From a candidate division FCPU426 bacterium (lineage in GTDB: Bacteria; Oederibacteriota; JAAXVQ01; JAUVAV01): a stretch of 15,162 nucleotides of DNA. The translations under genes and the position numbers were made by a program. This document shows, one piece after another, positions 14,808-15,162 of the stretch. The stretch covers positions 1-15,162 of the forward strand of contig DAOWGI010000081.1 of the NCBI GenBank assembly GCA_030637655.1, given 5' to 3'. The notes under the pieces are model-generated. The model had not been told where the DNA came from and ran no database searches. It saw only the letters and a program-made list of their open reading frames with translations. Numbering within the stretch: the stretch's first letter is position 1; each line of letters begins with the position of its first letter.

Positions 14808-15010
14808 TGAAACGAAATATCGGTGTTTTAGACAAAGGTGTGCGGATCTTTGCCGGTACGGTATTCGGGATGATTGGTTTTACGCGGGAACCACGCACTG
14901 CTTTGAATGCAGTACTTTTACTGGCTGCCGCCTATCTCTTGATCACTGCTTTGGCCGGAGTGTGCGGCCTCTATTCAGCGTTCGGATTGAATACCAGGGA
15001 AAAAGATTAA
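14807..15010 (+). CDS. DUF2892-family small membrane protein (YgaP-like)
   Basis: DKGVRIFAG...GVCGLYSAFGLNT matches the DUF2892 pattern (D.i.R...G...GxCxxYxxxGxxT). The start overlaps the upstream stop (TAATG). Confidence 0.5.
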   Translation: MKRNIGVLDKGVRIFAGTVFGMIGFTREPRTALNAVLLLAAAYLLITALAGVCGLYSAFGLNTREKD

Positions 15011-15021
15011 GCTTACTCTCC

Positions 15022-15162
15022 CAAAAAAATAAAAACATTCACCACAGAGACACGGAGGACACAGAGTAATAAAATTGATAAAATCATAAATCTCAAAACC
15101 CCAATACTATACATTCAAAAAAATAAAAACATTCACCACAGAGACACGGAGGACACAGAGTA
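15022..15162 (+). repeat. 47-nt direct repeat CAAAAAAATAAAAACATTCACCACAGAGACACGGAGGACACAGAGTA present twice (15022-15068, 15116-15162), separated by a unique 47-nt spacer. Truncated by the window end.
   Basis: Exact identity read directly from sequence; period 94 nt. Confidence 0.7.

Noticed and set aside
15022-15162. CRISPR array call
   Set aside because: Only two repeat copies are visible. The repeat is long (47 nt), A-rich and non-palindromic, and there are no cas genes in the window. Reported as a repeat and a finding rather than a CRISPR feature.

Overview
This 15.2-kb bacterial window has three parts. Its lineage is unknown; sigma70-type promoters, Shine-Dalgarno sites and a T9SS-type C-terminal sorting domain hint at an FCB-group or candidate-phylum genome.

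(1) Positions 1-2300 are a visibly AT-rich, cassette-like accessory region.
- It carries an Xre(DUF2384)-RES toxin-antitoxin operon with its own extended -10 promoter.
- The following cassette is a very AT-rich MBL-fold hydrolase anchored by an N-terminal transmembrane helix.
- Each cassette is followed by a copy of a conserved motif, with a further copy upstream of the first cassette, making three copies in the same orientation. The core is GGwATCAGGTrCCrGCCrCkGG.
- The layout resembles an integron or other site-specific-recombination cassette array. No classical attC core sites and no integrase are visible.

(2) Positions 2546-6508 form a conflict/repair-flavoured block.
- A small DUF4062-like ORF overlaps, through an ATGA junction, the start of a class II Fic protein (HPFRDGNGR motif plus SxxxEG inhibitory motif).
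- A 4-TM membrane protein follows.
- A Cys-rich, V4R-like small protein has its own promoter.
- A clear bacterial endonuclease Q (EndoQ) homologue follows.

(3) Positions 6561-15010 hold housekeeping-type genes, all on the + strand: a tandem M16 zinc peptidase (HxxEH), an SPFH/band-7 protein, 1Fe superoxide reductase, a short DAK2 protein plus DegV (FakA/FakB-like), an orphan CheY-like receiver, a lipoprotein whose signal peptide lies upstream of any canonical start codon, a secreted protein with a T9SS/FlgD-Ig-like C-terminal domain, and a DUF2892 membrane protein.

Three non-coding structures are noteworthy.
- A family of GTAG...CTACG palindromic hairpin terminators occurs at 6518, 9205 and 10798.
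- An 85-nt perfectly nested cloverleaf with four 6-bp arms lies in a hairpin-rich leader upstream of the SPFH gene. It is tRNA-like but not a canonical tRNA.
- A 47-nt direct repeat with a 47-nt spacer is truncated by the window end at 15022-15162.
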